From Macrostomum lignano (Eukaryota), in contig NIVC01002803.1 in the NCBI GenBank assembly GCA_002269645.1, positions 75,315-139,314 on the forward strand: 64,000 bases of DNA, in the 5' to 3' direction. The position numbers and the translations under genes are program-made. Shown in pieces: positions 19,778-32,967 of this stretch (positions are counted from its first letter, which is position 1; each line of letters begins with the position of its first letter). The notes under the pieces were generated by a model that saw only the letters and a program-made list of their open reading frames with translations, did no database searches and had not been told where the DNA came from.

Positions 19778-20234
19778 GGACAAAAAACGCATGATAAACT
19801 GATTAACCGATCAAAGCAAAGGTTAAACGAGGCCAGGGGCATTTTCAGTCATTTTCTAAATTCGCTGTGCCGAGCAGACACAATGCACAGTAAGCCGTAG
19901 AACGCGAGTGTGCAGTGCAAATCGTATGCAAATGAATCCTTTGGCACTTGCCTTGAGAACCCGAGGTGGAGAGCTGAGATCTGCTTCTGGAAGGGTGGCG
20001 GAAGTCGAAGAAGCGTGAAAATCTTCAAGTCTAGTTTGACTTCAATTTTAACTGGAAGTGGGAATGAAAGTCCCCTGGGAAGTTGCCGGTGCGAGACTGG
20101 ATGCCGCTCTTTGATTGGCTGTGGGAGTGCCAGACAATTCTCTGCTGGCCGCATTTGATGGCGGAATACGTCATCTACTTCAGACTCTCGTGTCTGGCCT
20201 CTGTATCTCACCGCGGCTCAGTCACGCATTCTCA

Positions 20235-21625
20235 TATCTCCCTCTCTCACCTGTCTCCTCTGTCCCCCTCTCACATGTCTCTTCGGCCTCTCACCTGTCT
20301 CCTCTCTCCGCTCACATCTCTGTCTCCTCACACCCTCTCATCTCTGTCTCCTCTCCCACCCTCTCATCTCTGTCTCCTCCCACCCTCTCATCACTTTCTC
20401 CTCACACCCTCTCATCTCTGTCTCCTCCCACCCTCTCATCACTTTCTCCTCACACCCTCTCATATCTGTCTCCTCACACCCTCTCATCTCTGTCTCCTCA
20501 CACCCTCTCATCTCTGTCTCCTCCCACCCTCTCATCTCTGTCTCCTCACACCCTCTCATATCTGTCTCCTCACACCCTCTCATCTCTGTCTCCTCACACC
20601 CTCTCATCTCTGTCTCCTCACACCCTCTCATCTCTGTCTCCTCTCTCCCCTCTCATTTCTGTCTCCTCTCTCCCCTCTCATCTCTGTCTCCTCTCTCCCC
20701 TCTCATCTCTGTCTCCTCTCTACCCTCTCATCTCTGTCTCCTCTCCCACCCTCGCATCTCTGTCTCCTCTCCCACCATCTCATCTCTGTCTCCTTTCTAC
20801 CCTCTCATCTCTGTCTCCTCTCCCACCATCTCATCTCTGTCTCCTCTCTACCCTCTCATCTCTGTCTCCTCTACCACCATTGCATCTCTGTCTCCTCTCC
20901 CACCCTCGCATCTCTGTCTCCTCTCCCACCCTCTCATCTCTGTCTCCTCTCTACCATCTCATCTCTGTCTCCTCTCCCACCCTCGCATCTCTGTCTCCTC
21001 TCCCACCATCTCATCTCTGTCTCCTCTCCCACCCTCGCATCTCTGTCTCCTCTCCCACCATCTCATCTCTGTCTCCTCTCCCACCATCTCATCTCTGTCT
21101 CCTCTCCCACCATCTCATCTCTGTCTCCTCTCCCACCATCTCATCTCTGTCTCCTCTCCCACCATCTCATCTCTGTCTCCTCTCCCACCATCTCATCTCT
21201 GTCTCCTCTCCCACCATCTCATCTCTGTCTCCTCTCCCACCATCTCATCTCTGTCTCCTCTCCCACCCTCGCATCTCTGTCTCCTCTCCCACCATCTCAT
21301 CTCTGTCTCCTCTCCCACCATCTCATCTCTGTCTCCTCTCCCACCATCTCATCTCTGTCTCCTCTCCCACCATCTCATCTCTGTCTCCTCTCCCACCATC
21401 TCATCTCTGTCTCCTCTCCCACCATCTCATCTCTGTCTCCTCTCCCACCATCTCATCTCTGTCTCCTCTCCCACCATCTCATCTCTGTCTCCTCTCCCAC
21501 CATCTCATCTCTGTCTCCTCTCCCACCATCTCATCTCTGTCTCCTCTCCCACCATCTCATCTCTGTCTCCTCTCCCACCATCTCATCTCTGTCTCCTCTC
21601 CCACCATCTCATCTCTGTCTCCTTC
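20235..21625. repeat. CT-rich ~26-bp minisatellite CATCTCATCTCTGTCTCCTCTCCCAC
   Basis: About 1.4-kb array. Confidence 0.93.
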
Positions 21626-22059
21626 TCAATTAATTATTCAACAGAAGTGGCCGCTGCGCCGCACTCATTAGCAATTATGTCATAAAGAAGATAATTATAA
21701 AAAATCATCCTTACTTAAATATTCAAGGACTTGGTTGAATAAATCCAGAAAAAATTCAACATTCAATAGGGGGCTACTTTCAGTTTAAAATTCTAGCAAG
21801 ATGCATTAAAATTTAATCCCTTATTGAGATGCAAAACTGATACGGGATTCCATTAAATTCTCATTTTTCCCGACTGAATTGATTTCCACTTTTATAAAAT
21901 GGAACGGAGCCTCCGCAGCCTCTTTTATTTGGATGATGCGACTGCAGATGCGAAACGAGATGCGCGCTCTGAATAATTAATAATTTTTTTACTGAATGTG
22001 ACAATTGAAATATCATAATAGCTGATTTTACACTTCAACACTGCACCGTCACTGATATT

Positions 22060-22690
22060 GTGTGACGCCATGCTCTGACATTGTGTGACGTCATGATCTG
22101 ACATTGTGCGGCACCATGATCTGATATAGTGTGACGTCTGATCTGATATTGTGTGACGTTATGATCTGATATTGTGTGACGTCATGATCTGATATTGTGT
22201 GACGTCATGATCTGATATTGTGTGACGTCATGATCTGATATTGCGTGACGTTATGATCTGATATTGTGTGACGTTATGATCTGATATTGTGTGACGTTAT
22301 GATCTGATATTGTGTGACGTCATGATCTGATATTGTGTGACGTCATGATCTGATATTGTGTGACGTCATGATCTGATATTGCGTGACGTCATGATCTGAT
22401 ATTGTGTGACGTCATGATCTGATATTGTGTGACGTCATGATCTGATATTGTGTGACGTCATGATCTGATATTGTGCGACGTCATGATCTGATATTGTGTG
22501 ACGTCATGATCTGATATTGTGTGACGTTATGATCTGATATTGCGTGACGTCATGATCTAATATTGTGTGACGTCATGATCTGATATTGTGTGACGTCATG
22601 ATCTGATATTGTGTGACGTGACGTCATGATCTGACATTGTGTGACGTCATGATCTGATATTGTATCTGATATCTGATATTGATCTGATAT
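22060..22690. repeat. 23-bp minisatellite TGATATTGTGTGACGTCATGATC
   Basis: About 26 units, most containing TGACGTCA. Confidence 0.95.
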
Positions 22691-23465
22691 AAAGCAGAGA
22701 GAAGAGAGAGCATGCATTCACAAAGATTTCGACAGCCGGTGTAGATCTGAGTCGAAAAAAAAATTGATTCAGCAGACTTTGTATGATCGAACACGTAGCG
22801 TAATTGCTTCTGTGCAACAACCTCTATTCCAGGCTTTTTTATTTTAATCTTTTAACAATTTCGCATTTTTTACAGTAATTTTTTAATTGCTTTAATTTGC
22901 ATATCGTCTAATCTACGAACAATAATTTATTCCATTTCTTTCATTCGATTACTTTTTACAGAGGTTCCCGCGGGTTACCCTGAGACCACTTGAAAATAGC
23001 TGAGCATGACGTTAAAAAATTGACTGGGAAACCTAAAAATATCGAATTTCAGCACTGCCTACTTAATCAATGAGGATCGCTACTTCAAAATTGCTGCCTA
23101 ATCCGTGCCGAAATCTTTAAGAGATTACGTATGTGACTCGCCTGACTCTTATCAAGCAAGGAGTATTCAAGCACTTATAATACAGTATCACGTTTCAGGT
23201 AAAGATCAGCGGTAGTATACTGGAGAGGTCCGTCCTGCAGTAATACCGCAGTCGGGACCTCGATCTACATGGAATTGATCTGGAATATAATTTTACATCA
23301 AATATCATGTAAATTGTAGTTCATAATTACTACTCGTATATAGTAATACATTTTATTGTAGCCGAGATTATAAATTATGATTAAAAAATAGCAGGTATAA
23401 ATGCATGTCAGAACAAACATGAATGAACATGTAATTAGAAACAGCTTTATGTACCAATTAGTTAT

Positions 23466-24440
23466 GCTACTTTTGCTGCGCTGGTGAGCGCGGTGATGGA
23501 CTTCGACCCGCGACTCCAGGGCTTTTGTCATGTCGAGCGATGGCCCCACAGAAGAGTTTGGCACCAGCTCGGGTGTCCTTCAGGGCGACCCGCTGGCTCC
23601 TCTGCTCTTCCTCGTGGTTGTGGACTACGTGCTTCGTCGGTCCCTCCGCGAGGATGACAGCTAGTTGCTGGTCCCACGCCGAAGCTTCAGACATCCTGCT
23701 GTTTCGCTTCCCGCTCTCGCGTATGCTGACGAAATCCCGCTGTTCTGCCGCCCAGCGCGCTCTCACAAAGCTCTGCGACGAGGGTTGGGCTCCAGGTAAA
23801 TGCTCACAAGACGGAGGCGCTGCACGTGGGCACGAATACCGCCCCATCTCTCCTACTGCCCAATGGAGCCCGCATCGCGGTGTGCGAGGACTCCCGGTAC
23901 CTCAGCTCGGCGCACTGGGTGATGAACCCCGATGTCATTGTCTCCGACAGGAGGAATTGAACCAGGCCTAGCGCGCCGCGCACCTCCTCAGGAACGTCTT
24001 CAATAATTCAGCTGCCAGAGACGACCTGAAGGTGCGCCAATTCCGCGCGGCCGTAGAGCCGATGACCGAGACGCGAGAGCGAGTCCTGGACGCGTTCTAC
24101 CGATCGTTGCTGCGCTACGTGCTAGGCGTGCACTACCCGGAGCGCCTGCCGACCAATGCTCCGATAGCCCGCGCTGGAACTCCGTCAGATGCTGCTGGGC
24201 AACTTCTACGGACCCTGAGCCGCGGTGCACCCGTCCCTCTGGCCCTGGCCATGCTGCACCGGCCGACCGAGCAATTGCGCCGCGACCAGGCCCGCACTGC
24301 CACTCTGACCGACTGCGTCATCGCTGACTTGCAGGCTTGTGCTGACCCCTCAGGCTGCTGCATGCTGCCTGCCCCTCTCGCCTAGCTGTTCTGCGAACGC
24401 ATGCGCGCAAGGGGCCTCCGGCCCCTCTGATTCCTAATTT
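23466..24440 (+). mobile_element. 5'-truncated, decayed non-LTR retrotransposon (RTE-like RT C-terminal half)
   Basis: Reads DGPTEEFGTSSGVLQGDPLAPLLFLVVVDYVLRR, then an in-frame TAG (23662-23664), RRSFRHPAVSLPALAYADE (YADD-like, from 23722), and downstream KVRQFRAAVEP...LDAFYRSLLRYVLGV. Frameshifts are present. Confidence 0.82.
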
Positions 24441-26649
24441 ATATACTTCTCTGAGGCTAAAGCCTAGCTGCATTTAACTTATCAAAGGACTTCTTTAAGT
24501 CAAGGGATAAAAATAAAACAACTGAACAAATTATTCAAATCGAGAGAAGATTTCAAGATCAACAAAAACCAGCTGGAAGAAAGGACTTAAAAATTTACCA
24601 TTGTGATTTATTGTTTGCGATTAATTTCTTTAAACAAAGCCAACAACTTATAGGATTTTTACAGCCGTTTCAGTGACAAGACTTCCGGTAAAATTGTTTC
24701 GGCAACAAGAAAAAACCCTCTTCTGGACAATTAGTCAAGGACCACTGTATATAGCTATATTCAGTAATCCTTGTAATTAAGTATTCGAATTCGTTTCGTT
24801 ACGACGAAACTTGAAAGTTCAAACTGCTGTAATTTTGTTTATGAGTGTTGTAAGCCTATCAGAATTACACGGAGCAATTCAGAAAGTAAGTAGAAACTAA
24901 TTAGTGTTGTTTTTTTATATAAAATAACTGCATTCATGCCAATGTTTTAAAAACACTGACCCTTAATTCCAGAGCTTTCTTGTTTTTTTTTCGTGAGCAT
25001 TTAATTTACCATTTTAATTTTCTTGAATCACTAATACTCACTCGAAATTTTCGAAGCATAACTGCTTGCAGTACCATCGTGTGCATTTACTTTTAATCAA
25101 ATAATATGCAGTTGAACAAATTACGAAGAGTTTTTTAATTCAACTCCTCGAATTTTAACTCCTTGAAAATACAACGGCTTGAAAGTAGTATGTTTAACAA
25201 AGATTATTTTGTTTTATTTCTTTTTAGTAGGTTATATTATGTTTGATAATTATATTTTTATGTTAATGTTTTTTAACTGTAAGTTTTAAATAAGTAAAAA
25301 AATACTTTTTAACATGATATGACATTTTAAATTCGCGCGAAAAGACTTTATTGCTTGATTAAATTTCTAAACAAGTCTTGTTAATAGACAATCTAGCGCT
25401 AGGCCTATTCGCATACAATTTGTACGCAGATACTCGACCTATTGCACTATGACTAGGGCATACTATCAGTGATGATAACAAAATTAAAAGGTATGCGGTC
25501 AACTTAGTGTTCACCTATTAAGCCAAGGCCGCTAGCCAGTAGCCGCTACCCGCTAGACCTGCTTATGTTTTGTGCCATAGGCCTAGACGGTCTAGACCTA
25601 ATAGTTGTCCCAAGAATTCTTTTAACTTGTACGCTTGCACACTGCACATTGAAGATTGAATCCATTTAACACATTGTGCACTGATAGACTGGGGGAACAT
25701 AGTATCAATGTTAGTATCTCAATGTATTTCAGTAATTGGTAAATAAATTTCTCGGCCTACGTTATGTAGAGTTATTGCCTAATTATTAGACTAGGCCCTA
25801 GGTAGGCTTTAAAGATTCCTACATGGCATAGAATACTAGTACTACCAAATAAGTAGTCTATATATGGTTTACAATATTTATATAATATGATAGGGGACCA
25901 GGGCCTAGCATTATTTCTTTTTAGGCCTAAAAGTTTCTTTCTTCAAGATAAATCATATGGTCTATGACTACATATTTGTTAGAGTCTAAAAATGTTTTAG
26001 ACTAGCTAGGAACTAGGATTTATAACATTTTGACTTCAAATTTACAGGGTCTATTATATTTATATTTATAATATAAATTTAATATAAATTTATAGGCCTA
26101 TCCTCAAATATGACTGGGTTAAGGCTTAGATGCAATTTTGTATTTTATTTTTTAGACCTAGGCCTAGGGCCTATTGTTAGCAAAAACCTGGGTATATATA
26201 AAAATTTCTATTTTAATTTTAAATATTATATGTCTAAAATATCTTATCTATTAATTATGATCTAGTTGAATCATAACAATAAATATTTGAAATATATATA
26301 TATATATTAATGCCATAATGGTAATGATTATCCTCATGCATAGGCCTAATATCATAGGAATAACTTGTTTTAAGCCTACTCTTCTTTTTTTCTCCCAATT
26401 TTTTGTTTTTTGCATTTTTTATTTTGCAACTTGCCTTGGCTAGTAGCCATTTTATCCATCCAGTTTAGATAAGTTGGACAGGTGTTAGCATGTATAATCT
26501 AAATAGTTTATAGTTTTTATAAGGGAACTTGAAGATACTAAAAAGCTATTGATCTATAGACTTGAATCAGTTCTAGATTATTCTGTTTTAATGATAATTT
26601 ATTCAATCATAAATGTATTTCTTTCAACTTTATTTAATTTTATTAGAGG

Positions 26650-26977
26650 TAGGGAGTTGTGTGCACCCTGGCACACAACTGGCAAGAGGCATTACTGCCC
26701 ATTCTGCTGACTCCCCTGAGCAGGCATACAAGTGTAAGAAAACATATGCAGGCACACACACATAGGAATATATAGTGGCTAACTTTATACTATCGTTATT
26801 GTTAGGCATGTAAACTTCACTGCGCCTGAGGAGGTTGGCTTTTAAGGCTATTAATTACACAAGCAGAGCCAAGCTGAGATTCCAATTCAGCCCCAAATTA
26901 ATGTGACTGCACTTGGAATCGAGCCTAGGTCACTGGCACACCAGTGCAGCTGCACTACCGCTAGGCTACAGCCCTGG
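26650..26977 (-). mobile_element. Possible tRNA-derived SINE (degenerate pol III head at 26914-26977)
   Basis: Minus strand has an A-box-like TAGCCTAGCGG (26968-26958) and a B-box-like GGCTCGATTCC (26925-26915), 32 nt apart. The extent of the body is a guess. Confidence 0.4.
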
Positions 26978-27920
26978 CCTGACCTACTATGAGCATGGCT
27001 TGACCCACTAGCTTACCTGGTGAAGTTGCGGCTGTGCCTGCCGGCCAAGTTCTGCCCAACCCAGCTAAAGCCTGGCAGTCGTTGGTTTCAGGCCCAGTCT
27101 TGGCTGACCTGGCACTTTCCCTTCTTCCAACTTACATATAGTTTAACAGTTCAAAAATAAAGTAAAAATAATATAAAAAGAATAGTTCTTAGAAAGACAA
27201 ATGATAAAGCAAGGTTGTACTATTTTATTGCAGCTAAATTGTATGTAACAAATTGTAAACTATTTTTACAGTATCTTTAGCAAGTAAAGATAGCTGTCTT
27301 GTTAATATGCCATATGGATAAGAAGAAAATTATTTTTACTATTATATGAATACGACTACGAAAATGAAAACTACAAAAACTATTCCTAAAAAAGGACAAA
27401 AAAGATAACAGAAAAATGCTGCCAATATTGATATACAACTTATAAAATTATATTAGCCATGTGATAAATAAACTAGTTTTAAAAAAAACTGTTTTATACC
27501 TTGACTAAAAAAAGTAAATAAATATATAAAAGATCATTTATTCTATGATTTATTATTTTTTAGGATACTATTATTGTCTATAATTTATAATTATATAGGC
27601 TAAATCAACTAAGTTAGCTAGTGTTTAATAGTATTAGGTTATAAGACATAAGAACCTTGTCAAGTATATATATTGCCATGGTTATAAAAATATATAAGCA
27701 AAATGAGATCATTTAACTTTTTATGTATAAACATTAGGAAATATTTCTATATTTCTATTTATAAAAATCACTTATTATATTTGAGTAAATCAAGCTGTTT
27801 TAATTTTTGTTTTAAAATAATAATTGTTAAATTGTAAATTATTAATATTAAAAGATTAATTAAAATATTTTTATAAACTATTTTAAATCTATAATTATAT
27901 ATTCAACAAGTAGAAGACTA

Positions 27921-28778
27921 TAAGGTATATCCCAAAAGTAAGTTTCAGTCAGCTGCTAATAGTAAGCAAAGTTTAAAAAATATAAAATTTGTCTAGCCAC
28001 AACTTCAAGTATTTGTCATTCTATAAATTGGCCACCAAGCTCAATGCACTTTTCCTAGCAATGCACCTACACTTCAAAATCAGGCTTGCAGCTGGCGATT
28101 CCCAGATGTTGGAAAGCTGATGAAGTGCTATTGTTCATCTGCTCCTCAGATCCAAAACTGCTAGCCACAAAGGCTCTCTTTTATCTTTGGGAACAGATTA
28201 AAGTCTGCTAGAACCAAATCAGGCAAGTAGTATAAGTGGTAGAGAATTTCTCAGTTCTAGGAGTTGAGCAGCTCTTCAACCTATCTGGCCTAATGCATTG
28301 GGGTGTTGTAGTAATGGAAGATGATACCTTTCTCCGGAAGGCCTAGTTGCTTTTTCCTTATCACTGGTTGCAGTTTCTCTTGAAGCACCCATCAATAATA
28401 CTTAGCATTCACTTTGGTTATCCAGAATGCTTTTTGTCTTCTGTGCAGTCCCATCCTTCTCAAATTTCCCACACCTACTTCTTGACCATTTGAATAAATA
28501 GTGTAGCTTCTCCTAGGAATCTTACAAGTTTTTGGTGAATCTCTGATATCAATTTTCTAGATAGCACAGTTGTAGCAAGAGAATGAGCTCAATGTGGCCA
28601 TGGTTGCAAAGGGTTGTATGCTTGAGTTGCAGGCATGCAACTCAAAAACATGCTAGGACTTAACAACCTATTTGGGGTTAGGCCATAGACAAAAAAGCAA
28701 CAATATACATGGCACTTAGCTGAGCATCTTCAGTGCTAAGTTATATATGAGGGAAACTTACTTTGGGGATAAACATTG
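27921..28778 (-). mobile_element. Decayed, internally deleted mariner (DD34D-type) element
   Basis: 26-bp TIRs TAAGGTATATCCCAAAAGTAAGTTTC and the reverse complement of GAAACTTACTTTGGGGATAAACATTG (22/26 match), flanked by TA at both ends. Minus-strand remnant IIFHYYNTPMH*...EILYHLYYLPDLVLADFNLFPKIKE resembles the mariner HDNARPH...HPPYSPDLAPSDF motifs. Confidence 0.75.
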
Positions 28779-29745
28779 TAAAGTTGGTTGTTATAAGTTG
28801 TATCCCAATATGATACCAATCTCTTATTAATTAATTATTTTAGTATACTGTTTTTTGTATAATACAGACCTAAAAGTCTCATATAAATTGTAATTTTAGG
28901 GCCTAGTTATAGTTATAATTTACCATAAATAATTTCAAGAGCTTGAATAAGTAAATAAAATATAATTTTAATATAGATATTTGCCATTAATATAAGTATT
29001 AGTAAAGCTAGAATATAATTTTTTCTATCTGATATCTAAACAAAGTAATTTTTCAATGAATATTTTAATAATGATATTTCAAAGACAGGAACAATTTTCC
29101 CCACATAAATATACAAGCGTATATATCTAAACTGTAAAATATGAGTTAGAGAGCTCTATATAAAAAATTTATTTTAGTATAATGGACTTAAGATTTAAAA
29201 GCTTGAATTTAAACTTGATATTTCTGTATTGTATTTTTTATTATCTAATTGAGCTATTTGAACATATTGTTTTGACTGATATCTAAGTTACAAATAGATT
29301 TTCAATTGTTAAAAAGATTAAAAGTGGAAATATATTATTTGGTCTTACATTTTGGTTTTTACTATTTTTCTATTTAAAAACTTTTTAGTTTATAGAATAA
29401 TTTTTATGAAAACATAGAAAAAATTATTGATAAAATTTAACTTTTTAATTCTGCTACTAAAATATGTTTAAATTGTCCTGTCACTTTCTAGGAAGCATTT
29501 AATTTTTAAAATGGATACTGATAAACAAAATATTTTCAGGCAAAGTTATCTGAAAATATTAAGTTAACATTGACAGGTATTTTATTGAAAAATGATGCTT
29601 TAATTGCATTTTAGTTAGAAGGCATCATTTACAACTTCTTATCTATAGGTTTTAGAGAATAGCACAATGGTACATAGAAACTGATTTAAAAATTCAAATA
29701 AGCAATATCAAGTTAAAAGTTTAATTACTTCTACTAATTGAATTA

Positions 29746-32700
29746 ATGCATGGCTGCCGTTGCATGGCTGATGCTCAGTCACCGACGCCTCCACCAGCTG
29801 ATGCCATCTCTAATGACCAAAATTCCAACTGTGACAGTGCGCCACCCATCAGAGATAATGCAGCCCCTGCTGCTGCTAGAGAACTTTTGGACTCCAGTCT
29901 GACTGCTCCAACAGACACAAGCATTCTGAAAGAACAATTGCCTAATACTGAAGCACAGATGGAGCCTGTCAAAGCTGATAGAGCTCAGGAAGTGGCAGAC
30001 TTTGGCGGAGGTCAAAATAACATTGCTGAATCATCTATGCCTGATCGGCCAGAGCCTCAAGTTGCATCGGAGGTGTTTCAAATGGAGCAGCAAGCGTCTG
30101 GTGCTGAATTAGGAGAGGAATTCGATTCTTCTGGGCCGCCTGAGCAGCCTGCTGAGTCAAACACAGTTGAGCAGAGTACTGAATCGGCTGAGCCTACTGC
30201 TGAGTCAGTTGAGCAGTCAGCCGCGAAAATCGAGATGCCAGTTGCGTCAGTTGAGCAGTCAGCTGAGTCGGTTGAGATGCCAGCTGAGTCGGTTGAGATG
30301 CCAGCTGAGTCAGTCGAGGTGCCAACTGAGTCGGTTGAGCAGTCAGCTGAGTCGATTGAGCAATTAGCTAAGTCGGTTGAGCAGTCAGCTGAGTCGATCA
30401 AGCAGTCAGCTGAGTCGGTTGAGATGCCATCTGAGTCGGTTGAGCAGTCAGCTGAGTCGGTTGAGATGCCATCTGAGTCGGTTGAGCAGTCAGCTGAGTC
30501 GGTTGAGATGCCAGCTGAGTCCATTGAGCAGTCAGCTGAGTCAATCGAGCAGTCAGCTGAGTCAGTTGAGCAGTCAGCTGAGTCAATTGAGCAGCCTGCT
30601 AATGCTGATTTAGTCGAACAGTCTGTTGAGTCGATTGAGCAGTCCACTGAGTCGACAGAGCAACCTGCTGAGTCGGTTGAACAGTCTATTGAATCAATTA
30701 AGCAGTCTGCTGAGTTGGAAAAAGAAGATTTAGCACCGCCAACGGTTGCCCCAGCTGCAGCAGCTCAGCCTGCTACTATGGAGACTGAGCCTTCCATCGA
30801 GCGCGGTCCGGAATTCCAGTCAGAGAAATTGCCAGAAAAGCAGCCTACTGTTCAAGACGAGACCTTAATGCCCGAGACTGCTACAGAAGACGATGCGCCC
30901 GCTCTGAATGATGGAGAAAAGCTCAATACGGAGCCGTCTGCTGCCGATGCTGTTCCGGATTCCGCATTAGAATCAACTACTGCTGCCACTGATGAAAAAA
31001 CGGCGGCAGCTGAAACTACTGAATCTGGCATAGATGGCAATGACGCAAAAAAGCCAATAGTAGAGACTGAAGACTCCGCTGCGCCTAACTTGAGCGAATC
31101 TTTAGCAGCCGAGGATTCTACCGCCGTCGACACTTCGGCAATCGAGCAGGCTCGCGGCGACGATGGCGAAGGTGCCAGTTCGGCGAACGCCGTCCCGACT
31201 GCCGACACCGGCGTCAGTTTGTTGGACACGAGCGGCGTGTCGCTAGGCGAGGCCGAGCCGCGCGACTCGGACACTGCCGAGCCCGACCAGGCCCAGGCCG
31301 AGAAGCCGGCAGAATTGGCCGAAGAACAGCAGAAGACGCCGCAATCGTCGCTCCCGAAGGATTGGAAATCGCTTGGCACTGCTATGACAGGCCTGGACGA
31401 CATTCTGGCTAACGCCGAGAGCATCGACGTGGAACAATACGAGGCATATCACGCGCCCAGGGTGCCTCCGCGCAAGCCCATGCCGCCGCAGCCGCCGCCG
31501 CAGCAACCGCAGGTGCCCGGCATGGCAGCCGGCGGTCCAGCGGCCGTACAGCAGCAGCAGCAGCACCTGCAGCACCATCACCAACAGCATCATCACCATC
31601 AGCAGCCGCAACAGCAGCAGTCGCAGCAGCAGTCTCAATCTCACTTACAGCCGCACGAGCTGGCGGCCGCTGCTCATCAACATTTCCGACAGCCTGGGGC
31701 AGCTGCCGCCGCCGCCGCCGCGGCCGCAGTTGGGTTCCCAGCCGCTATGCAGCCGCATCACGCTGCCGCCGCCGCCCAGATGATGTACGCGCCGCAGTTC
31801 TTCGCCGCGCCGCACATGGCCGCCGCAGCCGCCGCAGCTGCTAGCGGCGCTCCGCCGGCTGCGCATCATCACCAGCACCACCAGCAGCTGATGCAGCAGC
31901 AGCATCACCCGCAGCATCATCAGCAGCTGCATCAGTCGCAACATCCGCAGTTCCAGCACTTGCAGCAGCAGCAGCAGCTGCAACAGCCGCAGCAGCAGGT
32001 GGCAGCTCAGCCAGCTCACAAATTCATGTGCAAGCACTGCAGCAAAAGCTACGCCAGCAAATCGTCTCTCCGATCGCACGTGAAGTCCATCCATCCTCAG
32101 CAGGCCGCCGCTGCCGCACTTGAACGACAGCAGGGGAGCAGCAGCGCCGTCAGCAGCAGGCTGCGGCTTTTCATCATCAACAGCAGCAGCAGCAGCAGCG
32201 TGGCATGCAAGCCCAGGTGGCGAGTAAGACGCCCATGCCTCAGCACCCTAACATACCACAGGCTCACGCTAAGCAGCTGCCACAGCACCATCTCCAGGCT
32301 CAGCAGCAGCATCTTCATCAGCAGCAGCAGCCGCCGCAGCTGTACCCGCAGACTCCACTGCATCAGCAGCCGCCGCCTCCACCACCGCAGCAGCAGCAGC
32401 AACAACAGCAGCAGCAACAACAGCAGCAACATAGGCTATCGAATGATTGCCCAGTGCGCAACTGTTCTCAAGTATTTAGTCGCCGTTCGCAGCTTCGACG
32501 TCACATCGCCGAGATGCACGGCAGCCGGATGGTCTGTCCGTGGCCCGGCTGCGGTAAGATGTACAGCAGCGCGTCAGCCATGGGGGCCCACACCTGCAAG
32601 CACACGGGGCTTCGGCCGCTTGCCTGCCAACTCTGCGACTATCGCTGCCGGCTGCGCCTCTGTCTGCTGCGCCACCACCGCCAGATGCATCCGCAGCACC

Positions 32701-32905
32701 CGCTGCCGCCGCTGCTCCACGCTCTAGCCAACCGGCCAGTTCCGGACACCTTTAACGACAGCCAGTCCGCCTCGGACTCGGACGATTCCGACGCTGCTGT
32801 TGGCGGCGGAGGCTCGTCCGGTAAAGACAACCAGCTGCCGCCTCAGCTTCATCCTTACCAGACTGCGCCCCATCAGCAGCAGCCGCCTCCGCCGCCACCG
32901 CCGCC

Positions 32906-32967
<62 letters not shown>

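Noticed and set aside
22060-22690. CRISPR-like array (also considered for the other tandem arrays)
   Set aside because: These are contiguous repeats without unique spacers in a eukaryotic, intron-containing context with no cas genes.
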